A DNA stretch of 59,737 nt, the filler included. It is 5 parts of 5 records of this genome, joined end to end, with 100 filler letters (N's around TTAATTAATTAA, not from the genome) between each part and the next. Parts side by side here need not be neighbours in the genome. Positions count along the whole stretch, not along the records: positions 32,058 to 42,184 come from SRR20825019_3032; positions 42,285 to 48,901 come from SRR20825019_3036; positions 49,002 to 54,355 come from SRR20825019_3039; 2 more parts are not named here. One strand, 5' to 3'. The notes below the pieces were generated by a model. That model ran no database searches. It was not told where the DNA came from and worked only from the letters and a program-made list of their open reading frames with translations. Positions 39,390 to 49,171 of this stretch are shown here, piece by piece; position 1 is the stretch's first letter, and the number at the start of each line of letters is the position of its first letter. The position numbers were made by a program, and so were the translations under genes.

Positions 39390-40538
39390 ATGATCCGCAG
39401 ACGCATATTCGAGCCAGAGCACGAGATGTTCCGCGACACGGTCCGCAAGTGGGCCGAGGCCGAAGTTTATCCGCACAGCGCAGAGTTCCGCCGCGCGGGC
39501 ATGGTCACGCGGGATGTCTGGGCCTCGGCCGGCAGGCAGGGGTTTCTGGCGATGTATGCCGATCCCGCATATGGCGGGCTTGGGCTTGACGACTTCCGAT
39601 TTGACATGGTGCTGATCGAGGAGCTGGCGGCACGCGAGAACGGTCTGTATATCCCGTTGCACAACCGCATTGTCGGCCCCTATCTGCACCGCTTTGGCAC
39701 CGACGCGCAAAAACGCCAGTACTTGCCCGGCGTGGTGTCGGGCGACACCGTTCTGGCGATTGCGATGACTGAACCCGACATCGGGTCCGATCTGGCAGGG
39801 ATGCGCACCCGTGCCGAGGATCGGGGTGATCACTGGCTGTTGAACGGGTCCAAAACCTATATCTCGAACGGCATTCTTGCCGGTCTGGTCATCGTCGCCG
39901 CGCGCACCGGAACGGGCCGACACGACATCGGGTTGTTTCTGGTGCCCGAAGGCACGGCGGGGTTCACCCGTGGCCGTCGTCTGGAAAAGATCGGCCTGCA
40001 CTCTCAAGACACCGCCGAGCTGCATTTTGAAAACGTAAAGCTGCCCAAGAGCGCGGTGCTGGGCGAGCCTGCGGGCGGTTTTCGCATGATGATGCAGAAC
40101 CTGGCGGAGGAACGGCTGGTCGGATCGAACCAGTTCATCGCCCATGCGCAGCGCGCTTTTGACATCACGCTGGATTACATTCTCGAACGCAAAGCTTTTG
40201 GGCAGACCATCGGCTCGTTCCAGAACTCGCGTTTCCAGATGGCGGCGCTGAAGACAAAGATCGACGCGGGCTGGGCCTTTGTCGATCACTGCGCACGCGA
40301 ACATCTGGACGGCGCACTGACCGCTGATCTGGCCGCGCAGGCCAAACTGCTGTGTTCCGAGATCGAGGGTGAGGTCGTTGACGCCTGCCTGCAACTGCAC
40401 GGCGGCGCGGGCTTTATGGAGGAATACGAAATCGGGCGCATGTACTGTTCGGCGCGGGTCAGCCGGATTTATGCGGGCACCTCTGAGATCATGAAAGAGA
40501 TCATCGGGCGCAAGCTGGGGCTGGGGGATCGCGGCTGA
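39390..40538 (+). CDS. Acyl-CoA dehydrogenase (LCAD-like)
   Basis: AIAMTEP..GSD, LNGSKTYISNG, RKAFG, QLHGG.GFM.EY and IYAGTSEIMK. Confidence 0.95.
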   Translation: MIRRRIFEPEHEMFRDTVRKWAEAEVYPHSAEFRRAGMVTRDVWASAGRQGFLAMYADPAYGGLGLDDFRFDMVLIEELAARENGLYIPLHNRIVGPYLHRFGTDAQKRQYLPGVVSGDTVLAIAMTEPDIGSDLAGMRTRAEDRGDHWLLNGSKTYISNGILAGLVIVAARTGTGRHDIGLFLVPEGTAGFTRGRRLEKIGLHSQDTAELHFENVKLPKSAVLGEPAGGFRMMMQNLAEERLVGSNQFIAHAQRAFDITLDYILERKAFGQTIGSFQNSRFQMAALKTKIDAGWAFVDHCAREHLDGALTADLAAQAKLLCSEIEGEVVDACLQLHGGAGFMEEYEIGRMYCSARVSRIYAGTSEIMKEIIGRKLGLGDRG

Positions 40539-40640
40539 CTGAAACAGCGGGGCGTTCCCGCGCCCCCGGATCAAACCCAATTGGAAAGACGCGCGTTGGC
40601 CTGACGACCGGTCAACCGCAAGAAGCAAAAAGGACAAGAC

Positions 40641-41402
40641 ATGGATATCACGGGACAGGCCGCCATCGTAACGGGCGGCGCATCGGGGCTGGGTGGTGCA
40701 ACCGCCGACATGCTGGCGCAGGCCGGAGCCAAGGTTACCATTTTTGACCTGAACACCGATCTGGGCGAGGCGAAGGCCAAGGACATTGGCGGCAAGTTCA
40801 TCAAGGTGAACGTCACCGATGAAAGCGAGGTTGAAGCCGCCATCGCCGAGGCCGAAGGCGTCCATGGCAAGGCGCGCATTCTGGTGAACTGCGCGGGCAT
40901 CGGGCCACCCAAAAAGGTCATCGACCGCGAAGGCAACGCCGTCCCGCTGAAGGATTTCACGTCGATCGTGAATGTAAACCTGTTCGGGACGTTTAACGTG
41001 CTGTCGAAATTCGCAGCCAGCCTGCACACCGCCGACCCCATCGGGGAAGAGCGCGGCGTGATCATCAACACCGCGTCCGTCGCGGCCTTTGACGGGCAGA
41101 TCGGGCAGGCGGCTTATGCGGCGTCCAAAGGTGGCATCGTCGGCATGACCCTGCCTGTCGCACGCGAACTGGCGCGCTATGGCATCCGCGTCATGACCAT
41201 CGCACCGGGTCTGTTCCTGACACCGCTGATGGCGTCCCTGCCGCAAGAGGCCCAGGACAGCCTTGGCCGTCAGGTGCCGTTCCCGCCCCGTCTGGGCAAC
41301 CCGACCGAATTCGCAGCCATGGTGCAAAGCATCGTGACCAACATCATGCTGAACGGCGAGACGATCCGCCTGGACGGCGCAATCCGAATGGCACCAAAAT
41401 GA
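40641..41402 (+). CDS. SDR, type-II 3-hydroxyacyl-CoA dehydrogenase (HSD17B10-like)
   Basis: TGGASGLG, NCAGI, NTASVAAFDGQIGQAAYAASK and IRLDGAIRM. Confidence 0.93.
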   Translation: MDITGQAAIVTGGASGLGGATADMLAQAGAKVTIFDLNTDLGEAKAKDIGGKFIKVNVTDESEVEAAIAEAEGVHGKARILVNCAGIGPPKKVIDREGNAVPLKDFTSIVNVNLFGTFNVLSKFAASLHTADPIGEERGVIINTASVAAFDGQIGQAAYAASKGGIVGMTLPVARELARYGIRVMTIAPGLFLTPLMASLPQEAQDSLGRQVPFPPRLGNPTEFAAMVQSIVTNIMLNGETIRLDGAIRMAPK

Positions 41403-42184
41403 GCTTTACCCTCGACAACACCCGCATCACCGACCGCGCGCTGGACATCGCAAACCGCGTGGAAACCTTTGTGCGCGAGACCATCGCGCCATATGAAAAG
41501 GACACCCGCAAGACATCCCACGGCCCCACCGACGCGCTGGCCATCGAGATGAAGGCCAAGGCGCGTGACGCCGGGGTGCTGACGCCGCATATCCTTGGGG
41601 GTGGCGATCACCTGACCCATCTGGAAACCGCAGCCGTGCTGATCCGGTCCGGGCTGTCGCCTCTGGGGCCCGTGGCCTGCAACGTTGCGGCCCCCGACGA
41701 GGGGAACATGTATCTTCTGGGCAAGGAAGCCTCGCCCGAGTTGAAGGAACGGTTTCTTGAGCCAATGGTGCGCGGCGAGATGCGGTCGGCGTTCTTCATG
41801 ACCGAACCCGCCGAGGATGGCGGGGCCGGGTCCGATCCGATGATGATGCAGACCACCTGCAAGATGGACGGCAATCATTGGGTCATCAACGGGCGCAAAA
41901 CCTATATCACCGGTGCCGAAGGGGCCGGGCTGGGCATTGTCATGGCCAAATCCGACGACGGTGCCTGCATGTTCCTGGTCGACCTGCCCGATCCCGCGAT
42001 CCGTATCGAACGGGTGATGGACACCATCGACAGCTCGATGCCCGGAGGGCACGCGGTGATCAGCATCGACAACCTGCGGGTGCCTGCCAGCCAGATGCTG
42101 GGCCAAAGCGGCGAGGGGTTCGGTTACGCACAGGTGCGCCTGTCGCCCGCGCGTCTGACCCATTGCATGCGCTGGCTGGGGGCC
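41399..42184 (+). CDS. Acyl-CoA dehydrogenase (ACAD10/11, FadE2-like), 3'-truncated
   Basis: APDEGNM, FFMTEP...GSDP, INGRK and AQVRLSPARLTHCMRWLG. Confidence 0.9.
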
Positions 42185-42284
42185 NNNNNNNNNNNNNNNN
42201 NNNNNNNNNNNNNNNNNNNNNNNNNNNNTTAATTAATTAANNNNNNNNNNNNNNNNNNNNNNNNNNNNNNNNNNNNNNNNNNNN
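42185..42284. other. Artificial contig spacer
   Basis: 44 N + TTAATTAATTAA + 44 N. Confidence 0.98.
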
Positions 42285-42285
42285 C

Positions 42286-43110
42286 ACCGAGCGGATCAAG
42301 CATGAAAACAAGATTTACCGTGCCTGCGACAGTGTGATCGCCACCACGCCAATTCAGGTCGATATGCTGACCGAAGACTATGGCATTCGCGAAGACCGCG
42401 TTTACATGATCCCGCCCGGTTATGATGACAATCGGTTCTATCCGGTTTCAGGGGCAAGCAGACAAATGCTGCGCGAGCATTTCGGCTTCAAGGGCAAAAC
42501 CGTTCTTTCCCTTGGCCGTCTTGCCACCAACAAAGGGTATGACCTGCTGATTGAAGCCTTCTCGGTGATGGCTGAGCGGGTTCCCGATGCCGAGCTTCAT
42601 CTGGCCGTTGGCGGCGAAGATATGGATGAGCTGGAAACCAGGATCATGAATGAGCTGAAAGACCTGGTGAAAGAACGCGGGCTTGAGGGCAAGGTACACT
42701 TCTCCGGCTATGTTTCCGATGACGACCTGCCCGATATCTACCGCGCAGCTGATATGTTTGTTCTTTCAAGCCGTTATGAACCTTTCGGCATGACCGCCAT
42801 CGAGGCAATGGCGTCCGGAACGCCGACGGTCATCACCACCAATGGCGGGCTTTACCGGGCGATCAGCTTCGGCCGACACGCTCTTTTTGCCGATACATTC
42901 GACAAATACGACCTCGGCATCATGATGATGAAGCCATTCAAGCACCAGCGGCTTTATAACCGCCTCGCCCGAATGGGAGCCCACAAGTCACGCAGCCTGT
43001 TCACCTGGACCGGCATCGCCCAGCAACTGATCTCACTGGTTGAAGGGCGACCGATGCGCCAGTCGCTGACAGACAGTGACTGGGCCGAACCCTGGAACGA
43101 CGGCGACTGA
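42286..43110 (+). CDS. mfpsA: GT4 glycosyltransferase, mannosylfructose-phosphate synthase-like (5'-truncated)
   Basis: SPS-like GT-B motifs IPPGYD, LGRL...KG and YEPFGMTAIEAMASG; coupled to a sucrose-phosphatase-like HAD gene. Confidence 0.75.
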   Translation, partial: TERIKHENKIYRACDSVIATTPIQVDMLTEDYGIREDRVYMIPPGYDDNRFYPVSGASRQMLREHFGFKGKTVLSLGRLATNKGYDLLIEAFSVMAERVPDAELHLAVGGEDMDELETRIMNELKDLVKERGLEGKVHFSGYVSDDDLPDIYRAADMFVLSSRYEPFGMTAIEAMASGTPTVITTNGGLYRAISFGRHALFADTFDKYDLGIMMMKPFKHQRLYNRLARMGAHKSRSLFTWTGIAQQLISLVEGRPMRQSLTDSDWAEPWNDGD

Positions 43111-43113
43111 ACG

Positions 43114-43854
43114 ATGAAAGTCAGGCTGTTTTCTTCCGATCTGGACGGCACGCTTGTCGGCGATAATGATGCAACGGCCCGCTTCCGGCGGGCCTTTGCA
43201 GCCCTTGCCGAAGATGAACGTCCGCTTCTCGTTTATAATAGCGGTCGCCTCATTGACGACATGCTGGCGCTGATCCCCGATGTCGGTCTGCCGGAGCCGG
43301 ACTATCTCATTGGCGGGGTTGGCACCATGCTGCATGACCATAAAGACCATGGCAATGTCAGCGGTTTCGAGGATTTTCTCGGCGCCTCGTTCAACCCGGC
43401 AACAGTCGGGCGCATTCTTGGGGAAATCCCGGACCTCGCGCGTCAGCCTGAGCGTTATCAGCACGGGTATAAATCCAGCTGGTACCTTGAAAACGCCGAT
43501 GCAGGACGCCTGAACCTCATCGAAAAGGCGCTGGCGGATGAGGGGTTGGATATCAAGCTGGTCTATTCATCCGGTCGTGATCTCGATGTGCTACCCCGTG
43601 TGGCAGACAAGGGTGCAGCCCTTTCCTGGCTTTGCAGAAAGCTCGACATCGCGCACGAAAACGTGGTGGTGGCCGGGGATACCGGCAATGACAGTGCCAT
43701 GTTTACGGTCGAGAATGTGCGCGGCATCATTCCGGCCAACGGCTTTGACGAGCTGAGACAGATCGCCCGCCAGCACGGCCATGTCTATGAAGCAAGGGCA
43801 CCCGTTGCCGATGGCGTTCTGGAAGGACTGAAGCATTTCGGTGTAGCGTTTTAG
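43114..43854 (+). CDS. mfppA: HAD-IIB sucrose-phosphatase-like, mannosylfructose-phosphate phosphatase-like
   Basis: DLDGT, YNSGR, KSSW, DLDVLP...KG and AGDTGND. Confidence 0.75.
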   Translation: MKVRLFSSDLDGTLVGDNDATARFRRAFAALAEDERPLLVYNSGRLIDDMLALIPDVGLPEPDYLIGGVGTMLHDHKDHGNVSGFEDFLGASFNPATVGRILGEIPDLARQPERYQHGYKSSWYLENADAGRLNLIEKALADEGLDIKLVYSSGRDLDVLPRVADKGAALSWLCRKLDIAHENVVVAGDTGNDSAMFTVENVRGIIPANGFDELRQIARQHGHVYEARAPVADGVLEGLKHFGVAF

Positions 43855-43873
43855 TGCGCTTTATCCGCCAACG

Positions 43874-43909
43874 AAAAACGGCCGGTCATACGACCGGCCG
43901 CTGAAAAAA
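43874..43909. terminator. Terminator between convergent mfppA and leuD (T tail on the minus strand)
   Basis: AAAAA-CGGCCGGTC-ATAC-GACCGGCCG perfect 9-bp stem. Confidence 0.8.
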
Positions 43910-43927
43910 CAGGAAATGATTTCCGGC

Positions 43928-44533
43928 TTATGCCCAGGGGCGCTCGGCTGCGAGCTTATCTTCATAGGCTGCAATATTATTCGATTTCTCAAGCGTCAGT
44001 GAAATATCGTCGAGGCCGTTCAACAGGCAGTGACGGCGGAAGCCATCAACTTCGAATGATACCGATCCACCGTCCGGGCCGGTGATCTTCTGCTCTTCAA
44101 GATCCACTGTCACCACGGCATTCGAGCCGCGCTCTGCGTCATCCATCAGCTTTTCAAGCTCATCGGGCGAAACCACGATCGGCAAAATGCCGTTCTTGAA
44201 GCAATTGTTGTAGAAGATATCAGCAAAACTGGTCGAAATCACGCAACGGATACCAAAATCAGCCAGCGCCCAAGGCGCGTGTTCCCGCGATGAACCGCAC
44301 CCGAAATTATCACCCGCCACCAGAATCCTGGCTTCACGATAGGCCGGTTTGTTGAGCACAAAATCCGGATTTTCCGAACCGTCAACATGATAGCGCGCTT
44401 CCGCAAAAAGGCCTTTGCCAAGACCCGTGCGCTTGATCGTTTTCAGATAATCCTTCGGGATGATCATGTCGGTATCGACATTCACGACCGGCAGCGGCGC
44501 GGCGACGCCCGTCAACTTGACGAATTTTTCCAT
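43928..44533 (-). CDS. leuD: 3-isopropylmalate dehydratase small subunit
   Basis: [32 protein letters not shown] and LLNGLDDI. Confidence 0.97.
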   Translation of the reverse strand: MEKFVKLTGVAAPLPVVNVDTDMIIPKDYLKTIKRTGLGKGLFAEARYHVDGSENPDFVLNKPAYREARILVAGDNFGCGSSREHAPWALADFGIRCVISTSFADIFYNNCFKNGILPIVVSPDELEKLMDDAERGSNAVVTVDLEEQKITGPDGGSVSFEVDGFRRHCLLNGLDDISLTLEKSNNIAAYEDKLAAERPWA

Positions 44534-44668
44534 GGTTCTGTCCCTTGAGCGCGATAGATGCTTGTCTTCAGCAACGATCTAGCCCGGTTAGGATATATTT
44601 TCAACAAAAAACCGGTACCATTCGGTACGCCAGGTGCGTAATGCCCCAGCGAGACACATCGGGGCCTC

Positions 44669-44908
44669 TTAAAGGTCGATGATCTTACCGCGGCCATCAT
44701 CCCAGACACGCATGGATTCGCGTTTACGCTGCTCGCGCGTCTTCACCGGCACGGTTGCCCGATCAAGCTTCATGGCGATCAGCCGCGCGACTGACAGTAC
44801 AAACAGAATGCCCATCAGCGCCAGACCGACAGAAGCAGCAAAGACAGTCAGCACGGCGACAGCCGCCAGTCCAACCACGGCCAGAAGAAAAGTGCGGATA
44901 TTTTCCAT
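44669..44908 (-). CDS. Small membrane protein (Rhizobiaceae-type hypothetical)
   Basis: AGGA RBS before ATG 44908; two TMs and the tail MRVWDDGRGKIIDL. Confidence 0.7.
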   Translation of the reverse strand: MENIRTFLLAVVGLAAVAVLTVFAASVGLALMGILFVLSVARLIAMKLDRATVPVKTREQRKRESMRVWDDGRGKIIDL

Positions 44909-45066
44909 CGTCAAATTCCTTTCACATTGAGTAATCTGGCGCCTGGATGCGGTTTTCGCAAGGGGCAAAGGCCATTTTGTCTCATTGAATGCGCGCGTGA
45001 AGTCTGAAAAAGTCTAAACTCACGTTGGTATTTATAAGTAATGTAAAAATTGGTGGGAATAAGGCC

Positions 45067-45963
45067 ATGAACCAGATTCGGCTTGTACGCTCGGTTCTCT
45101 GCGTGCCAGCGGTCAATCGCCGGGCACTTGAAAAATCCGCGACACTTCCGGCAGATGTCATTATCTATGACCTGGAGGACGCGGTTGCGCGGGAACGAAA
45201 AAGTGAAGCACGTGAGAATCTGGAACGCCTGTTTCGCAACAACCGTCCGCTCAACCGGCAGACTGTCATCCGGATCAATCCGCTTGATACGGCGTTCGGC
45301 CGCGAAGACATGAAAGTGGTTCTGGCCTGCCAGCCCGATGCAGTACTTCTGCCGAAGGTGGAAACCATCGCGAATATGGCTGCTGTCAGCGCTATTTTGA
45401 ACAGCAACGGCGCACCGCTGCGCGTCAAGATCTGGGGCATGATCGAGACACCCCGTGGTGTCGTCAATGCCGCTGCCATTGCCGGGGCCTATTCCGCCGC
45501 ACTGGCGGGTGGACGTCTGGAAGCTCTGATTGTCGGCGTCAACGATCTGCGCTCGCAAACCGGCGTTCTGGCCGAAACGGATCGCACCTATCTCGTTCCA
45601 TGGCTGATGCAGGTTGTGCTTGCTGCCCGGGCATATGGATTGAAGGTTATTGACGGCGTTTACAACGATTTTTCCGATGCAAAAGGTTTTATTGCCGAAT
45701 GTGAACAATCCCGGGCCATGGGCTTTGACGGCAAGATGCTGATTCATCCAGGCCAGATTGATGAGGCAAACCGGCATTTCAGCCCTTCCGACGAAACCCT
45801 TGCCGAAGCCCGTGCCATTGTCGAAGCCTTCGCCGCACCGGAAGCGGAAGGCCTGAATGTGATTGACCTGAATGGTCGGATGGTCGAGCGCCTGCATCTG
45901 GAGCAGGCCGAAACCCTTATTGCGCTTTCCAACGCAATGAGCCAGCCCGGAGAGACGACATGA
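45067..45963 (+). CDS. CitE/HpcH-family CoA-ester lyase (citryl/malyl-CoA lyase-like)
   Basis: RSVLCVPA, DLEDAV, LPKVE, MIETP, G.NDL and GFDGK.LIHP.QI. Confidence 0.92.
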   Translation: MNQIRLVRSVLCVPAVNRRALEKSATLPADVIIYDLEDAVARERKSEARENLERLFRNNRPLNRQTVIRINPLDTAFGREDMKVVLACQPDAVLLPKVETIANMAAVSAILNSNGAPLRVKIWGMIETPRGVVNAAAIAGAYSAALAGGRLEALIVGVNDLRSQTGVLAETDRTYLVPWLMQVVLAARAYGLKVIDGVYNDFSDAKGFIAECEQSRAMGFDGKMLIHPGQIDEANRHFSPSDETLAEARAIVEAFAAPEAEGLNVIDLNGRMVERLHLEQAETLIALSNAMSQPGETT

Positions 45964-46166
45964 AACTTTATCGCTTCCTGACAGGAATTGATGACTCGCG
46001 TTTTTGCCACAAGGTGACAGCTGCCCTGAACAAGGGTTGGGAGCTTCATGGCTCTCCATCACTGACCTATGATCACCACTCCGGCAAGACCTATTGCGGT
46101 CAGGCCGTGGTAAAAGATGTTGAGGGCAAGGTGTATGACCCGGCCATGAAGCTCGGCGAACAGTAA
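45960..46166 (+). CDS. DUF1737-family small protein
   Basis: YRFLTG.DD..FCHKV..ALNKGWELHGSP...CGQAVVK; ATGA overlap with the upstream gene. Confidence 0.8.
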   Translation: MKLYRFLTGIDDSRFCHKVTAALNKGWELHGSPSLTYDHHSGKTYCGQAVVKDVEGKVYDPAMKLGEQ

Positions 46167-46179
46167 GAATCGGCAGCCA

Positions 46180-47250
46180 ATGACGCCAGCACAAGAGACA
46201 GAAGATGCGCGCATACTCACCGAGATCCGGGGGACAATCGGCCATATCCGGCTGAACCGGCCCGAAGCCCTGAACGCGCTTTCGCACGCCATGATCAAAG
46301 GCGTACACCAGGCAATTCGCCGGTTTGCCGCAGATGATGCCGTGACTGCAGTCATGATCACGGGTTCGGGTGAACGCGGTCTTTGTGCCGGTGGCGACAT
46401 CCGCGAGATCCGCGCCAATGTGCTGGCAGGCAATGCGCAGGCACCGGAGTTCCTGCTTGACGAATATCGCATGAACGCCGCAATTGCCGCACTTGAAAAG
46501 CCCTGTATCGCATTGATGGATGGCATTGTGATGGGCGGCGGCGCCGGTGTTTCGGTGCATGGCTCCCATCGCATTGTGACGGAGCGCACCCGTTTTGCCA
46601 TGCCGGAAACCGGTATTGGCCTCTTGCCGGATGTTGGCGCAACATGGTTTCTGTCACTGCCCGAGAATGAGTTCGGCACCTATATGGGCCTCACCGGCAC
46701 TGCGATCGGTGCAGCAGACGCATTACGCATGCAATTAGCCGATTTCTTTGTCCCGTCTGAAAAGCTTGCCGCACTCAAAGCTGCACTGTTTGACGCCGAT
46801 AACGCTTTGGAGACCGACGGCCTTGATGCGTTGATCGCCGGTTTTGCCGAAAAGGCACCGGAATCGCCGCTGCGCGGCGAATACCGGATGATCGAGCAGA
46901 CCTTCCGGTTCGATCAGGTTGAAGAAATCATTGTCGCCCTCAAAGCCGATAATTCTGCTTTTGCCCTTGAAACCGCAAAGCTGATCGAAAGCCGTTCGCC
47001 AACCTCGCTGAAGCTGACATTGCAGCTTTTGCGGCTCGGCGGCAGGGCAGAACGGCTCGCCGACTGTCAGGAGCGCGAATTTCGCGCAGGCAGCCGGATC
47101 ATCTTCACCCATGACTTCACCGAAGGCGTGCGCGCTGCCGTTGTCGACAAGGACCGGAATCCGAAATGGAGCCCGGCCAGCCTCGCCGGCGTCACGGATG
47201 AAACGATCAACGCATTGCTGGCACCGGCCGATCAAACTTTGTTTGAATAA
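46180..47250 (+). CDS. 3-hydroxyisobutyryl-CoA hydrolase-like crotonase
   Basis: LNRPEALNAL, CAGGDIR, MDGIVMGGG, MPETGIG..PDVG and DF.EGVRA..VDKD..PKW. Confidence 0.9.
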   Translation: MTPAQETEDARILTEIRGTIGHIRLNRPEALNALSHAMIKGVHQAIRRFAADDAVTAVMITGSGERGLCAGGDIREIRANVLAGNAQAPEFLLDEYRMNAAIAALEKPCIALMDGIVMGGGAGVSVHGSHRIVTERTRFAMPETGIGLLPDVGATWFLSLPENEFGTYMGLTGTAIGAADALRMQLADFFVPSEKLAALKAALFDADNALETDGLDALIAGFAEKAPESPLRGEYRMIEQTFRFDQVEEIIVALKADNSAFALETAKLIESRSPTSLKLTLQLLRLGGRAERLADCQEREFRAGSRIIFTHDFTEGVRAAVVDKDRNPKWSPASLAGVTDETINALLAPADQTLFE

Positions 47251-47253
47251 CCC

Positions 47254-47664
47254 TCACGCGCAACGGCCACTGATCGGCTGAAATGGCCGAAGGAGATAAC
47301 CGTCCGGATCACGGACCCAGAGCTGGCGCTGACCTTCCTCACCTTCAGCTGTACGATACCAACGCTCCTCAGGCCCCAGCGTAACAGGCCATCCGGCAGC
47401 TGAAAGCCGCTGGCTGATCCCGTCAAAATCATCCACCTCAAGCTGGAAACTGGCTCCACCGCCAAGCCCCTCGACCCGGCCATCCAGAGTCCGCCCCATG
47501 CCGATGGTATCCAGCATCAGCTGCGCTTCACCAAGGCAGAGAAACGCAAACCCTTCTTCCGGGCGATCATACGCGACCTTGAAACCGATCAGCCTGACAT
47601 AAAATGCAAGACTCTTCTCAAGATCAGTAATCGCCAGTTCGGGAATGAGCGTGTTGAACTTCAA
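47254..47664 (-). CDS. VOC/glyoxalase/bleomycin-resistance family protein
   Basis: PEL..DL..SLAFY...GF and RQLWVRDPDGYLLR. Confidence 0.88.
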   Translation of the reverse strand: MKFNTLIPELAITDLEKSLAFYVRLIGFKVAYDRPEEGFAFLCLGEAQLMLDTIGMGRTLDGRVEGLGGGASFQLEVDDFDGISQRLSAAGWPVTLGPEERWYRTAEGEEGQRQLWVRDPDGYLLRPFQPISGRCA

Positions 47665-48677
47665 CGAATGCCCCAGAGGATCTTGTAGCGGGCATTGCGA
47701 TAGTCTTCGCCGCTCTTCTTGCAGTTTTCCGTTAGCACATCCTCATATGGCAGACCGCGATTAGCAACCAGAAGCAGCTTCCCGCCCGGCCTCAGTGCGT
47801 TGCAGGCAGCCTCAACCACAGCCTTGCCAAGCGACGGCTCCGCCGCCTTTCCGGCATGAAACGGCGGATTCATGATGATGAGGTCGTAACGTGTTTTGAC
47901 CTTTTCATTCACCAGGTCCTGCCAGAAATAGCGTATGGCCGTCTTTTCAGCCTGCGCTGCGAGATTAACCCTGGCTCGCTCTATGGCCCGGAAATCCGCC
48001 TCGTAGAGATCAACACCGACTGTGCGCGGCGATTTCTCCGCCAGCATCGCCGACAAGTAGCCCCAACCCGCACCGAAATCGGCGGCCAAACCGGCAAAAT
48101 CTTCCGGCAGACGTTCGCCCAGAATGCGCGACCCTTCATCAATCCGGTCATGGGAAAACAAACCCGGCACCGTGGTGAACCGTCCGTCAATCTCGACCGT
48201 GGGGTGCGAAAGAGCTGCGGCAACGGGTGCAATGTCATCCGGACGGCGGAACCACAGCGCCAGCCCGTGATATTTCGGCATTGACTCCAGGTCGTCGAAA
48301 AGCCCTTTCAGGCGCTTGCGCAGCGATTGCGCACCATCTTCCTTGGAGCCGGCGATCACGATCATCCCACCGGCTACCGTCTTTTCCAGCGCCTCGACAA
48401 TGCGGTTTTCATTTTCACCACGATGCTTGGTAAGCAGGATCAGAGCCAGATCATAAGGCCCGTCGCCGGCTTCCGGCTCCACCGTGGCTCCGGCCTTTTC
48501 CAGTGCGTTGAAGAATGGCCGCTGCGGCTGTACCGCCTCGATGACCGCACCGAAACCCTCCGGCAGGCGGTAACCTGGTTCAGCGCCCAGAAACAGGCAT
48601 TTTCCGCCCGCTTCCGGCATATCGATAACGGCACTTTCAAAAGGATGAAAAAGAGTTTTAAGCGTATCGCGTGACAT
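47661..48677 (-). CDS. Class I SAM methyltransferase, RsmC/MTS family
   Basis: PGLFS...DEGS, DFGAGWG and MNPPFH. Confidence 0.88.
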   Translation of the reverse strand: MSRDTLKTLFHPFESAVIDMPEAGGKCLFLGAEPGYRLPEGFGAVIEAVQPQRPFFNALEKAGATVEPEAGDGPYDLALILLTKHRGENENRIVEALEKTVAGGMIVIAGSKEDGAQSLRKRLKGLFDDLESMPKYHGLALWFRRPDDIAPVAAALSHPTVEIDGRFTTVPGLFSHDRIDEGSRILGERLPEDFAGLAADFGAGWGYLSAMLAEKSPRTVGVDLYEADFRAIERARVNLAAQAEKTAIRYFWQDLVNEKVKTRYDLIIMNPPFHAGKAAEPSLGKAVVEAACNALRPGGKLLLVANRGLPYEDVLTENCKKSGEDYRNARYKILWGIR

Positions 48678-48698
48678 GATTATTTCCCAAACAGTACG

Positions 48699-48732
48699 AA
48701 AAAAGCGCGGGCCGTTTCAAAACGCCCGCGCT
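48699..48732 (-). terminator. Rho-independent terminator after pnp
   Basis: Minus strand: AGCGCGGGC...GCCCGCGCT followed by TTTTT. Confidence 0.8.
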
Positions 48733-48759
48733 CCTTTATGATTCTGACAGAAAACCGCC

Positions 48760-48900
48760 TTATTCGGCAGCATCATCCTTTGGCTTGCGCTCAGGCTTTG
48801 CCAATTCTTTGCCAGTTTCCTGATCGACAACCTTCATTGACAGCTTGACCTTGCCGCGCTCATCAAAACCAATGAGCTTGACCCAGACCTTGTCGCCTTC
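48760..48900 (-). CDS. pnp: Polynucleotide phosphorylase, C-terminal S1 fragment (not in the ORF track)
   Basis: Hand translation [46 protein letters not shown]. Confidence 0.9.
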   Translation of the reverse strand, partial: EGDKVWVKLIGFDERGKVKLSMKVVDQETGKELAKPERKPKDDAAE

Positions 48901-48901
48901 C

Positions 48902-49001
48902 NNNNNNNNNNNNNNNNNNNNNNNNNNNNNNNNNNNNNNNNNNNNTTAATTAATTAANNNNNNNNNNNNNNNNNNNNNNNNNNNNNNNNNNNNNNNNNNN
49001 N
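48902..49001. other. Artificial contig spacer
   Basis: 44 N + TTAATTAATTAA + 44 N. Confidence 0.98.
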
Positions 49002-49171
49002 TTAGCAAATATTAACCATAATGCGCCTTTTCTGAGGCTTTCGCAAAACCAAAACCTGCGGACTTCACGGCGGCGTTCCGCCGGCCATATGGGCGAGGGG
49101 CATATTGACTGCCCCGTCCATATACCCCAATTAGCGCTCAAAGCCCTTCCGAAAAGACCAAGGCCCCGCAA

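Noticed and set aside
37626..41327. 1233-aa antisense ORF spanning three genes
   Set aside because: It is codon-aligned with the sense genes, which all happen to share one frame (37755, 39390 and 40641 are all divisible by 3). Antisense stops need sense TTA/CTA/TCA codons, which are rare in GC-rich genes. No recognisable protein motifs; a shadow ORF.
43928..44533. leuD without adjacent leuC
   Set aside because: Split leu genes are common in Alphaproteobacteria; not unusual.
44911..46569. 552-aa antisense ORF, and similar long shadows (34627-35799, 36389-37840, 51894-53672)
   Set aside because: They overlap well-supported genes on the opposite strand in GC-rich DNA and lack family motifs.
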